The notes: generated by a model from the sequence alone, not told the origin. Counted from the first letter of the stretch, positions 43,970-52,531 are shown. The stretch: 56,387 nt of DNA from Burkholderiales bacterium (GCA_046715035.1 JBKJZR010000179.1:1-56387), one strand, 5' to 3'. Program-made: numbers and translations.

Positions 43970-44953
43970 GTGAACATGAACCGCACGGTAATCTGGAATA
44001 TCGCGTTGTGCGCGCTCGCAGCTGCAGGCAGCACGGCGGCGCTCGCGCAGCCGGCGTATCCCACCCGCGCGATACGCATGGTCGTGCCGTTTCCTCCGGG
44101 CGGCACGACCGACATTCTCGCGCGCGTTGCCGGCCAGAAAATCACCGAGGCAACCGGTCAGCAGGTGATCGTCGACAACCGGCCCGGGGCGGGCGGCAAC
44201 ATCGGCACCGAGATCGTCGCCAAGGCACCTCCCGATGGCTACACCTTGCTCGCAGCCCCCGGCAGTACGCTCACCATACACCCGAGCCTTTACTCCAAGC
44301 TGCCCTTCGACACGCTCAAGGACTTCGCACCGATTACGATCATCGCAGCGGTTCCGAATCTGCTCGTCGCGCACCCGTCGTTGCCAGTGAAAAACGTCAA
44401 GGAGCTGATCGCACTCGCCAAGGCCCGGTCCGGTCAGCTTAATTACGCGTCGACCGGCGCCGGCCAGTCGACGCATTTGTCGATGGAATTGTTCAAGATC
44501 ACGGCCGGGATCGACATGACGCACATCCCGTACAAAGGCAGTAGTCCGGCCCTCACGGATCTGCTCGCCGGTCAAGTGCCGGTGATGTTCGATAACATGC
44601 CATCCTGCCTGCCCCACGTGAAAGCGAACAAGCTGCGCGCGCTGGGGCTCAGCACGCTCAAGCGTTCGCCCGCATTGCCGGCACTTCCGACCATCGCGGA
44701 ATCGGGATTGCCGGGTTTCGAGGTGAGCGTCTGGTTCGGCATCCTTGCGCCTGCAGGTACGCCGCGCGACATCGTAAGCCACCTCAACGCCATCATCGTC
44801 AAGGCGCTCGCCAGTCCCGACATGCGCGAGCGTCTCGCCGGCCAGGGCGCAGAGCCGATTGGCAACACGCCCGAGGAATTTACTGCGCAGATGCGGCGCG
44901 ACCTCGTAAAATGGGCGAAGGTGGTCAAGGATGCAGCTATCAAGCTCGACTGA
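43970..44953 (+). CDS. Bug-family (TctC-like) substrate-binding protein
   Basis: 327-aa ORF with a signal peptide followed by YPTRAIRMVVPFPPGGTTDILARVAGQKI...VDNRPGAGGNIG. The start is either the GTG at 43970 or the ATG at 43976. Confidence 0.9.
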   Translation: MNMNRTVIWNIALCALAAAGSTAALAQPAYPTRAIRMVVPFPPGGTTDILARVAGQKITEATGQQVIVDNRPGAGGNIGTEIVAKAPPDGYTLLAAPGSTLTIHPSLYSKLPFDTLKDFAPITIIAAVPNLLVAHPSLPVKNVKELIALAKARSGQLNYASTGAGQSTHLSMELFKITAGIDMTHIPYKGSSPALTDLLAGQVPVMFDNMPSCLPHVKANKLRALGLSTLKRSPALPALPTIAESGLPGFEVSVWFGILAPAGTPRDIVSHLNAIIVKALASPDMRERLAGQGAEPIGNTPEEFTAQMRRDLVKWAKVVKDAAIKLD

Positions 44954-44975
44954 GCGCACATCGAAGCGAGTCAAT

Positions 44976-45953
44976 ATGAAGATTACCGCAATCCTGGGAA
45001 CGGCATCATCCGCAGTGCTTGCGCTGGCGGCGCAGACTGCGTCCGCTGCGGACATTTATCCCAACCGGCCGGTACGCATCATCGTCGCATATACCCCCGC
45101 CGGCACGACCGACATCCTGGCGCGCGTCATCGGTCAGAAGATGAACGAGGCATGGGGCCAGCAGATCGTCGTGGACAATCGCCCGGGCGCCAACGGCAAC
45201 ATCGGCACTGAGCTTGCCGCCAAGGCAACCCCGGACGGCTACACCCTGTTGATGGCGACGGCAGGCACCCATGGCATCAACCCGACGCTTTACACCAAGC
45301 TCGCATACGACGCGCTCAAAGACTTCGAGCCGGTCAGCCTCGTGGCGATCGTGCCCAACATACTGGTCGTCAACAACTCGGTGCCCGCCAAGAGCGTGAA
45401 GGAGTTCATCGAATGGGCCAGGAGCCGCGCCGGCCAGATCAACTACGGTTCGCCCGGCAACGGCAGCACGGGGCATCTGTCGACCGAATTGCTCAAGTCG
45501 ATGACTGGCATCAAAATGACGCACATCCCCTACAAGGGTAGCGCGCCTACGCTCGCTGATCTCATGGGCGGGCAGATCCAGGTGGTGATCGACAACATGC
45601 CGCCCTATCTGCCGCAGGTGAAGGCCGGCCGCATTCGCGCGCTCGCCGTATCTCCCGCGAAACGGTCTCCCGCAGTTCCCGATTTGCCCACCATCGCCGA
45701 GGCTGGGGTACCCGGCTACGACGCCGGCTCGTGGTTCGCCCTGTATGCGCCCGCCAAAACGCCGAAGGCCATCGTCACCCGATTGAGCGCGGAAACTGCC
45801 CGCATCCTCAAGCTGCCCGACGTGAGTCAGCGGCTGTCGGAACAGGGCGCGGAGTCCGTCGGCAGTACTCCCGAGCAGTTGGCCTCCCACACGCGCTCGG
45901 AAATCGCGAAGTGGGCAAAGGTCATCAAGGACTCCGGCGCTCGCGCGGAATGA
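44976..45953 (+). CDS. Bug-family (TctC-like) substrate-binding protein
   Basis: The start is MKITAILGTASSAVLALAAQTASA (ATG at 44976), followed by YPNRPVRIIVAYTPAGTTDILARVIGQKM. Confidence 0.9.
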   Translation: MKITAILGTASSAVLALAAQTASAADIYPNRPVRIIVAYTPAGTTDILARVIGQKMNEAWGQQIVVDNRPGANGNIGTELAAKATPDGYTLLMATAGTHGINPTLYTKLAYDALKDFEPVSLVAIVPNILVVNNSVPAKSVKEFIEWARSRAGQINYGSPGNGSTGHLSTELLKSMTGIKMTHIPYKGSAPTLADLMGGQIQVVIDNMPPYLPQVKAGRIRALAVSPAKRSPAVPDLPTIAEAGVPGYDAGSWFALYAPAKTPKAIVTRLSAETARILKLPDVSQRLSEQGAESVGSTPEQLASHTRSEIAKWAKVIKDSGARAE

Positions 45954-46028
45954 CCTACGGCTTGGCCGCGCCGGATTCCTCATGCGGGGCCGGTTGCTTG
46001 CATCCACACGCAGGCTTTCAGCATCGCA

Positions 46029-47186
46029 ATGATTAAAGACCCGGAAACCTTCGGCCTGCTGCTCGACGCGATCCGCCGTTTCGTGCGCGAGCGGCTGATC
46101 CCGGCGGAGCATGAGGTCGCCGAGAGCGACGCAATCCCGCCTGCGATCGTCCAGGAAATGCGCGAGATGGGGCTGTTCGGCCTGGCGATCCCGGCTGAGT
46201 ACGGGGGCCTCGGACTCACGACCGAGGAGGAAGTTCTGGTCGGCATGGAGATGTGCCGGGCGTCGCCCGCCTTCCGCTCGATCGCCGGCACCAATAACGG
46301 TATCGGCTCGCAGGGCATCGTCATCGACGGCACCGACGAGCAGAAAAAGAAATACCTGCCGCGCCTCGCCAGCGGCGAGCTCATCGGGTCGTTCGCGCTC
46401 ACCGAGCCCGGTGCGGGCTCCGACGCGGCTGCTTTGACCACAAACGCGCGGCGCGACGGCGATCACTACGTGCTGAACGGCGCCAAACGCTACATCACCA
46501 ACGCGCCGGAGGCCGGCGTGTTCACGGTGATGGCGCGCACGGACCCCGGCAACAAACATGCGGGTGGCGTATCGGCATTCATCGTCGAGCGCGATACGCC
46601 CGGCCTCTCGGTGGGCAAGCATGACGTGAAGATGGGCCAGCGCGGCTCGCATACTGCCGACGTCATATTCGAGAACGTGCGCGTGCCGGCGGGGAACATT
46701 ATCGGTGGCAGGGAAGGCGTGGGCTTCAAGACGGCGATGAAAGTCCTCGACAAGGCACGGCTCAACATTGCCGCCGTGTGCGTGGGCGCGGCCGAGCGCA
46801 TGCTCGACGACGCGCTCGCCTACGCGCTCGAGCGCAGGCAGTTCGGCAAGCCGGTCGCCGAATTCCAGCTCGTGCAGGGCATGCTCGCCGACTGCAAGGC
46901 GGAAATCTTCGCCGCGCGGTGCATGACGCTGGAGGCGGCACGCATGCGCGACAGCGGAACGGCAGTTACCCTCGAAGCCTCGTGCTGCAAATACTTCGCC
47001 TCGGAAATGTGCTGCCGCGTTGCCGACCGCGCGGTGCAAATCCACGGCGGCGCCGGCTACATGCGCGAATACGCCGTCGAGCGGTTCTACCGCGATGTCC
47101 GTCTGTTCCGGATCTTCGAAGGCACGAGCCAGATACAGCAGCTCGTCATCGCGCGCGGCATGATCAAGCAGGCGCAGGGACGCTGA
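46029..47186 (+). CDS. Acyl-CoA dehydrogenase
   Basis: 385-aa ORF with ACAD motifs (GSFALTEPGAGSDAAAL, QFGKPVAEFQLVQ, IFEGTSQIQ). Its stop lies 1 nt before the start of the carboxyltransferase gene. Confidence 0.95.
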   Translation: MIKDPETFGLLLDAIRRFVRERLIPAEHEVAESDAIPPAIVQEMREMGLFGLAIPAEYGGLGLTTEEEVLVGMEMCRASPAFRSIAGTNNGIGSQGIVIDGTDEQKKKYLPRLASGELIGSFALTEPGAGSDAAALTTNARRDGDHYVLNGAKRYITNAPEAGVFTVMARTDPGNKHAGGVSAFIVERDTPGLSVGKHDVKMGQRGSHTADVIFENVRVPAGNIIGGREGVGFKTAMKVLDKARLNIAAVCVGAAERMLDDALAYALERRQFGKPVAEFQLVQGMLADCKAEIFAARCMTLEAARMRDSGTAVTLEASCCKYFASEMCCRVADRAVQIHGGAGYMREYAVERFYRDVRLFRIFEGTSQIQQLVIARGMIKQAQGR

Positions 47187-47187
47187 C

Positions 47188-48723
47188 ATGGCTTTCGACG
47201 AACTGCTGAACGAGCTCGAGACCCGCACCGCAAAGGCGCTGGCGATGGGCGGCGCCGACAAGCTCGCCAAACGCGCCGCCGAGGGCGTCCTGAACGCGCG
47301 CAGCCGCATCGATTACCTGATCGATCCCGAGAGCTTCTTCGAGTCCGGCATGTTTGCGGCGGGTATCCGGCCCGAAGTGCGCCACAAGACGCCGGCCGAC
47401 GGCAAGGTCGCCGGCTTCGCGCGCATCGCGGGCCGGGAAGTCGCGTTGGTTTCCAATGACTTCACCGTGCTGGGCGCCTCGTCGTCGGTCGTCAACATGA
47501 AGAAGATCAAGCACGTCAAGCAGGTCGCTGCGAAGCGCGGCCTGCCGCTCATCTTTCTGGGTGAATCGAGCGGCGCGCGCATGCCCGATCGCATGGGCGC
47601 GTCGGGTCGTTCGATCGTGGCGCAGGACTCCACCGAATATCAGCGGCTGCGCGAAACTCCGTGGGTGTCGGCACTGCTCGGCGCCTGCTATGGCTCCTCG
47701 ACGTGGTATTCCGCGATGTCCGATTTCGTGGTCATGCGCAAAGGCGCGATCATGGCGATCGCGAGCCCCGGCGTGACTTCGATCGCGATCAACAAGCCGA
47801 TCGAGCCCGAAGAGCTCGGCGGGTGGAGAATACTGACCGGAGTGAGCGGCCTTGCCGACCTGGCGGTCGATACCGACGAGCAGGCGCTCGACGCAATCAA
47901 GCGCTTTTTGTCGTATCTGCCAAGCCATCGCAACGAGTCCCCGCCGGTCGCGCCAGTCCCTCCCGGCTCCGATGACGGGTGCAGGCAAATGCTCGAGATC
48001 GTTCCCGAAGCGCGCAGCAAGGTTTACGACGTGCGCAGTGTCATTGCCGCCATCGCAGATCGCGACGCGAGCTTCGAGCTGAAGGGCCGCTTCGGCAGGT
48101 CGATCGCCACCGTGCTGGCGCGTGTCGGCGGCGGGAGCGTGGGATTTATCGCCAGCAATCCGCTCTTCAAAGGCGGAGCGCTCGACGCCGACGCCTGCCA
48201 GAAAGTCGTCAGCTTCATGGTGTTGTGCGATTCGTTCAACGTGCCGCTCGTTTTCCTGGTCGATGTGCCGGGATTCCTGATCGGCGTCGAAGGTGAGCTG
48301 CGCGGCATGCCGGGGAAAGTGATCAACTGGATGAACGCGTTGTCGCTGGTCACCGTGCCGAAGATCGCGATCATCATGCGCAAGAGTTACGGGCAGGCGT
48401 ATATCAACATGGCCGGCGGCAGCAATGCCGACGAGGTGGCGTGCTGGCCCTCCGCGGACCTGGGCTTCAGGGATCCGGCGACCAGCGTCAACGTCCTGCA
48501 CGGGCTAAAGCGCGAGGACGACCCAGCGCGTTTTCAGCAATTGATGGAGGATGTCTCGCGCGACACCTCTGCATGGGCGCTCGCGGAGCTCTATCAGACA
48601 CAAAACGTGATCGATCCCCGCGACACGCGCACCTATCTGATCCGCACGCTCGAGGTGCACCGGCTGCGCATGAACAAGGGCGTGGGCGAGCACCGGTTGC
48701 GCAACTGGCCGACGAGCTACTGA
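47188..48723 (+). CDS. Acyl-CoA carboxyltransferase (carboxylase beta-subunit / 12S-like), copy 1
   Basis: 511-aa ORF with PccB-like architecture: NARSRIDYLIDPESF at the N-terminus, GESSGARMPD, and the second half-domain GGALDADACQKVVSFMVLCDSFNVPLVFLVDVPGF...RKSYGQAY. Confidence 0.92.
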   Translation: MAFDELLNELETRTAKALAMGGADKLAKRAAEGVLNARSRIDYLIDPESFFESGMFAAGIRPEVRHKTPADGKVAGFARIAGREVALVSNDFTVLGASSSVVNMKKIKHVKQVAAKRGLPLIFLGESSGARMPDRMGASGRSIVAQDSTEYQRLRETPWVSALLGACYGSSTWYSAMSDFVVMRKGAIMAIASPGVTSIAINKPIEPEELGGWRILTGVSGLADLAVDTDEQALDAIKRFLSYLPSHRNESPPVAPVPPGSDDGCRQMLEIVPEARSKVYDVRSVIAAIADRDASFELKGRFGRSIATVLARVGGGSVGFIASNPLFKGGALDADACQKVVSFMVLCDSFNVPLVFLVDVPGFLIGVEGELRGMPGKVINWMNALSLVTVPKIAIIMRKSYGQAYINMAGGSNADEVACWPSADLGFRDPATSVNVLHGLKREDDPARFQQLMEDVSRDTSAWALAELYQTQNVIDPRDTRTYLIRTLEVHRLRMNKGVGEHRLRNWPTSY

Positions 48724-48751
48724 GCGAAGGGCGAGGAGTGAGGAGCAAAAA

Positions 48752-49711
48752 GTGCTGCCGCTGGCATTGATAGGGGTGCTTGCGCTCGGAGCGGCAGCTG
48801 CGGCGGCGCAGGACTACCCGACCAAGCCGATCCGTTTCGTGGTGCCGTATGCGCCCGGCGGCAACACCGATATCCAGGCGCGGCTGATCGGGCAGAAGCT
48901 GACCGAAGCGTGGGGCCAGCAGGTGATCATCGACAATCGCGCCGGTGCAGCGGGCACCGTCGGGGCGGAGCTCGTCGCCCGCGCAGCACCCGATGGCTAT
49001 ACGATCGTCATGGGCACCTTCGGCAATATCATCGTTGCCAACAGCCTTTACAAGAACCTGAAGTACGAGCCGCTGCGCGACTTCGCCCCGGTCACGCTGG
49101 TCTCGCTGCCGCCGGGCATGCTGGTCGCCCATCCCGTCGTTCCGGCAAAGACAGTGCGCGAACTGATCGCCTATGCGAAGGCACAGCCGGGCAAGCTCAA
49201 CTACGGCTCGCCGGGTACGGGCGCGTGGAATCATCTCTTCTTCGAGCTGTTCAATGCAGCTGCCGGAGTCAAGATCACTCACGTGCCGTACAAAGGCATA
49301 GCGCCGGCAGTCGTCGATTTGCTCGGCGGCCACGTACAACTCGCCATGTCGGCATTTCCCACTGCATTGCCGCATTTCAAGACGGGCAAGCTGCGAGCGC
49401 TTGCGGTCACCAGCGCGACGCGCTCCGGCCTGTTGCCGGACATTCCGACGATTGCCGAGTCGGGGCTGCCGGGGTACGAAGCCGCAGGCTGGTTCGGCGT
49501 GCTCGCTCCTGCCGGCGTGCCGCCGCCGGTCGTGAGCAAGCTCAACGCTGAAATAAATCGCATCCTGAAGCTCCCCGAGGTGGTGGCAACGCTCGCTGCC
49601 GACGGCGCCGAGCCCGTGGGCGGCACGCCGCAGCAGATGCGCGAATCGGCGCGCGCGGGTATCGCGAAATGGAGCAGGCTATTGCGCGAGCTCAATCTGC
49701 GCATCGAGTGA
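48752..49711 (+). CDS. Bug-family (TctC-like) substrate-binding protein
   Basis: 319-aa ORF with a GTG start, a signal peptide, then YPTKPIRFVVPYAPGGNTDIQARLIGQKL...IDNRAGAAGTVG. Confidence 0.9.
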   Translation: MLPLALIGVLALGAAAAAAQDYPTKPIRFVVPYAPGGNTDIQARLIGQKLTEAWGQQVIIDNRAGAAGTVGAELVARAAPDGYTIVMGTFGNIIVANSLYKNLKYEPLRDFAPVTLVSLPPGMLVAHPVVPAKTVRELIAYAKAQPGKLNYGSPGTGAWNHLFFELFNAAAGVKITHVPYKGIAPAVVDLLGGHVQLAMSAFPTALPHFKTGKLRALAVTSATRSGLLPDIPTIAESGLPGYEAAGWFGVLAPAGVPPPVVSKLNAEINRILKLPEVVATLAADGAEPVGGTPQQMRESARAGIAKWSRLLRELNLRIE

Positions 49712-49835
49712 CCCATGGCATTCGACGAGCTGCCGCACTCGCGAGCCTCGCGCAACGTGAGCGTCAACAAACTGATCGAAGAGAGGGCGACCGTGATGCT
49801 CGCCGAGTTTGACGCGGAGACACTCGTTTCCGGCT

Positions 49836-50135
49836 GTATACGACCTCCCCGCGGTCCGAAATCATCATGATTCCGGGCGCGAGCAGCTCGTACAGGGACT
49901 CGGCTGCGCCAACATTCGCGTCCGCGCGCGCCATGCGCTCGCTCACCTGGAGCGCCTTTTGCAAATGGGGCCGCAACGTCGAGTAGCGCTCCGCCAGGCG
50001 GGGGTCCGCCGGTCCCTGATCACGCGTGCGCAGCAGGGCGACCGTCATGGCCGCAGCGCCGAATTCGGCGCAGATCGCCCGCATCGTTGCCGGCCAGAGC
50101 GAACGGTCCAGGGGCGGAGTCATACACCTGACCAA
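49836..50135 (-). pseudogene. Possible remnant of the N-terminal region of a LuxR-type regulator (no HTH domain)
   Basis: The first 100 aa or so of the 123-aa ORF (LDRSLWPATMRAICAEFGAAAM...LRPHLQKALQVSERMA...LYELLAPGIMMISDRGEVVY) resemble, from memory, the sensor region of large LuxR-family regulators. That region is strongly shortened here and no HTH follows. This is a weak call. Confidence 0.25.
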
Positions 50136-50316
50136 CTCAACGCATCCATGGACATAGGCTTAGGAGATCGGGCTGAGAAAATACTTCTCTGAAAGTACAA
50201 CTTTGCGTGCCCAGTATCTCCCAGAAAAATGACGGTCTGGTTAAGAGCAGCCGAACATCGCGCCCGGTGGCCGACGGACACTCGCCCGAATCGCCTAGTT
50301 CATCTGATAGCTAGCG

Positions 50317-50344
50317 TTGCCATTTTCCGGACATGGACGATAAT
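50317..50344 (+). promoter_or_regulatory. Putative promoter and operator of the RHH-mazF locus
   Basis: TTGCCA (50317-50322), a 16-nt spacer, then GATAAT (50339-50344). ATAGCTA-type repeats occur at 50307-50313, 50343-50349 and 50355-50361 (the last is ATCGCTA), overlapping the -10 element and the expected transcription start. A GGAG Shine-Dalgarno sequence lies at 50369-50372. Confidence 0.4.
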
Positions 50345-50378
50345 AGCTATATCTATCGCTATACAGATGGAGTGATAC

Positions 50379-50609
50379 ATGAAGACCGTGCAAATGACTC
50401 TGGACGACGACCTCGTCAGCGCCGTGGATAAGGCAGCCCGGCGGATGGGAACGACGCGCTCTGCGTTCACCCGCGATGCGCTGCGTCACGCGCTCGCGTC
50501 GCTGCGCGTCCGGGAACTCGAGCGAAAACACCGCGAAGGCTACCAGAGGAAGCCGGTCAAAACGGGTGAATTCGGCGTTTGGGAAGGCGAGCAGGTTTGG
50601 GGCGACTGA
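50379..50609 (+). CDS. Ribbon-helix-helix (CopG/MazE-like) antitoxin
   Basis: 76-aa ORF with an RHH N-terminus (MKTVQMTLDDDLVSAVDKAARRMGTTRSAFTRDALRHAL). Its stop overlaps the ATG of the mazF-like reading frame (TGATG). Confidence 0.85.
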   Translation: MKTVQMTLDDDLVSAVDKAARRMGTTRSAFTRDALRHALASLRVRELERKHREGYQRKPVKTGEFGVWEGEQVWGD

Positions 50610-50917
50610 TGAAACGCGGCGAGGTCAGGGTATAAATTCGCCAACCCCGACGAGAAGCGACCGGTAGTTATCTTAGCAGAAACTCGGTGATAGATTTCCT
50701 CGGCGAAGTTACGGTGGCGCCCGTGACTTCCACTATCCGCGATATTGCTTCCGAGGTCCTGCTGGACGAAGCCGATGGCATGCCCAGGTCCTGCGCCGTA
50801 AATCTCGATCACATTCAGACCGTCGCCAAGAACAAGGTCGGCGCGTTGATTACCACATTAGGCATCGACAAGCTCACTGAACTGCGATCGGCCATCCGGT
50901 TTGCCCTAGACGCATAA
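50609..50917 (+). pseudogene. PemK/MazF-family toxin gene disrupted by an in-frame stop and two frameshifts
   Basis: ATG AAA CGC GGC GAG GTC... encodes MKRGEVRV and runs into the TAA at 50633-50635. The conserved segment YKFANPDEKRPVVIL appears only in the +1 frame (50631-50675). The rest (SRNSVIDFLGEVTVAPVTSTIRDIASEVLLDEADGMPRSCAVNLDHIQTV...) is back in the original frame. Confidence 0.7.
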
Positions 50918-50936
50918 TCTCCTCGAAATCGGTGTT

Positions 50937-50999
50937 GTAGGTGCGCTTGCGCACCAGACCATTGTGAATCTCACGTTGCGGTGCGCAAGCGCACCCTAC
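50937..50999. repeat. Pair of REP-like palindromic units in inverted orientation
   Basis: GTAGGTGCGCTTGCGCACC (50937-50955) and GGTGCGCAAGCGCACCCTAC (50980-50999) are reverse complements of each other apart from one G. Each contains the self-complementary core GGTGCGC-NN-GCGCACC. Confidence 0.7.
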
Positions 51000-51059
51000 G
51001 GCTTTGCATTAGCTAAGCTTAGGACCCCATGAAATTTCTTGTCGACACCAGCGTTCGCA

Positions 51060-51482
51060 TCAGTTGCGGTCCCAGGGGTTGAGCACCTTGACGCCGCAAC
51101 CGTCATAGTCCGCCACGTTGCGGGTTGCGATCGCCGCTCCGTTGGAGCGCGCAATCGCCGCGATTTGTGCGTCGAAGTGTGAAATCGGGCGCCCCGCGCG
51201 GCGCCGTTCCGCCGCAATGTGGGCATATGCGCGGGCACCATCGCTGCCGAAGGCCAGGATGCGGCCATCGAAATCGTCGTTGAACATCGCTTCGACCGCT
51301 GCCTCGAAGGCGCTGCGTCGCTTGCGCGAAGGCAGCAGCACGATCCCGTGAAGTATCTCAGCCTGCGTGATACTGGTCATGTACAAGTCAACAGCCGGCT
51401 GCAATGCCATCCAGCGCACAACGCTTGCGCTGGGCGCCGGCCGCATCAACTCCGATAGTACGTTGGTATCGAGAACGATCAC
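51060..51482 (-). CDS. vapC: PIN-domain toxin VapC
   Basis: 140-aa ORF starting MIVLDTNVLSELMRP, with further acidic PIN residues (ITQAEI, FDAQIAAIA, ATRNVADY). The GTG start overlaps the vapB stop (GTGA). Confidence 0.92.
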   Translation of the reverse strand: MIVLDTNVLSELMRPAPSASVVRWMALQPAVDLYMTSITQAEILHGIVLLPSRKRRSAFEAAVEAMFNDDFDGRILAFGSDGARAYAHIAAERRRAGRPISHFDAQIAAIARSNGAAIATRNVADYDGCGVKVLNPWDRN

Positions 51483-51727
51483 TTGCCCGGTTTCGGCGGC
51501 TCCCGCAGCGGGTCGCGTGCGGGCAACCGCAGTTCAACCCCGCCGAGCGGTTCGAAACGTTTCCGGATCGCCTCGGCGAGATTGCGCAGCGGCGCCGGGT
51601 CTGCGGCAACCGCCGCGCGCAGAATGTGCCGTGCTTCGTCCTCCATCGAGCGCCTGCCGTGCGCCGCGCGCACCCTGAGGCGCTCCTTCGTCTGGTCATC
51701 CAGGTTACGGATCGTGATGCTGGCCAC
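51479..51727 (-). CDS. vapB: VapB/FitA-type antitoxin
   Basis: ASITIRNLDDQTKERLRVRAAHGRRSMEDEARHILRAAV. I prefer the GTG at 51727, which is preceded by AGGAAAA. The track ORF starts at 51760. Confidence 0.82.
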   Translation of the reverse strand: MASITIRNLDDQTKERLRVRAAHGRRSMEDEARHILRAAVAADPAPLRNLAEAIRKRFEPLGGVELRLPARDPLREPPKPGK

Positions 51728-51845
51728 GGGTTTTCCTGTAGTTGCAATCAATGATTGCATTGTAATCAGTGCTTAACCCAGATGGCAATACGGCGGCGAG
51801 GCAAGCCGCCCCCGGCCTGACGGCGGAAGAGCGCTGGAGCGCCAG

Positions 51846-52523
51846 TTACTCGCCGGCTTCCAGCGCGGTCATGCGCCAGCCGGCGCCGCTCCTGGCGAAG
51901 CACGCGCGGTACTCGAGGGGACTGCGGATCTGTTCTTCGGGCACGTAGCCCGGCCCTGCCTGGGTTTCGACGCGCACCCATCTCTGCAGGTTTGCCTTGT
52001 CATCGTCTTCCACTTCCCAGTCGAGCACCTTGACCAGATCGTAGGAGAGCGTCTGAATCGTGTTCGATGCGGCAGCGGGGCGCGCCTTCACGAGGCTTTC
52101 CCGGGCGATGATCGCACCTGATGCACCCGCGGGCGCGTCCTCGGGCCACTTGTAATACACATACGGCGCGCACAGCTCGGTGAGCTTCTGCCCGCGTTTG
52201 ACGTAGGTGCTGCCGAGGAACAACAGCTTGGGCAGCTCGACCCATAACCGGCTGTCGGCGGCGTGCGGCTCCCAGAGATTCCTGAACTCCGCGGCACCCT
52301 CACGTGCGGAGATGTTGCGGATGCGGGCATCGACGATGCCGAGCACGAATTTGCCGTCGCGCCTCGCGATCGCTTCGAGAAGGCGCGCTTTGAAGCGCGG
52401 CCAGGTCGCATCCGCCGCCGCTTCATCGACGGGCGGCAATCGCTGCTGTTGGGCCGCTGCAGCGAGCGCTAAGGCGAACAGCACTCCGCCCACCACGCAG
52501 CGCATGAACGCGACGCTCGCCAC
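51846..52523 (-). CDS. Secreted hypothetical protein
   Basis: 225-aa ORF with a signal-peptide-like N-terminus (MRCVVGGVLFALALAAAAQQQ). I recognise no family. It lies 8 nt downstream of the enoyl-CoA hydratase gene on the same strand, and its codon usage looks like that of the host genes. Confidence 0.55.
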   Translation of the reverse strand: MASVAFMRCVVGGVLFALALAAAAQQQRLPPVDEAAADATWPRFKARLLEAIARRDGKFVLGIVDARIRNISAREGAAEFRNLWEPHAADSRLWVELPKLLFLGSTYVKRGQKLTELCAPYVYYKWPEDAPAGASGAIIARESLVKARPAAASNTIQTLSYDLVKVLDWEVEDDDKANLQRWVRVETQAGPGYVPEEQIRSPLEYRACFARSGAGWRMTALEAGE

Positions 52524-52531
52524 CTGACGCG

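Noticed and set aside
44610-44625. parS-like sequence TGCCCCACGTGAAAGC inside a Bug gene.
   Set aside because: It matches the 16-mer consensus at only about 12 of 16 positions, and the mismatches fall in the critical GTT/AAC arms. It lies within coding sequence and is most likely a chance CACGTG core.
45006-47309. 767-aa minus-strand ORF, the longest in the track after the topoisomerase and gyrB genes.
   Set aside because: It is antisense to a Bug gene, the acyl-CoA dehydrogenase gene and the start of the first carboxyltransferase gene. It has no recognisable motifs and looks like a classic high-GC shadow ORF.
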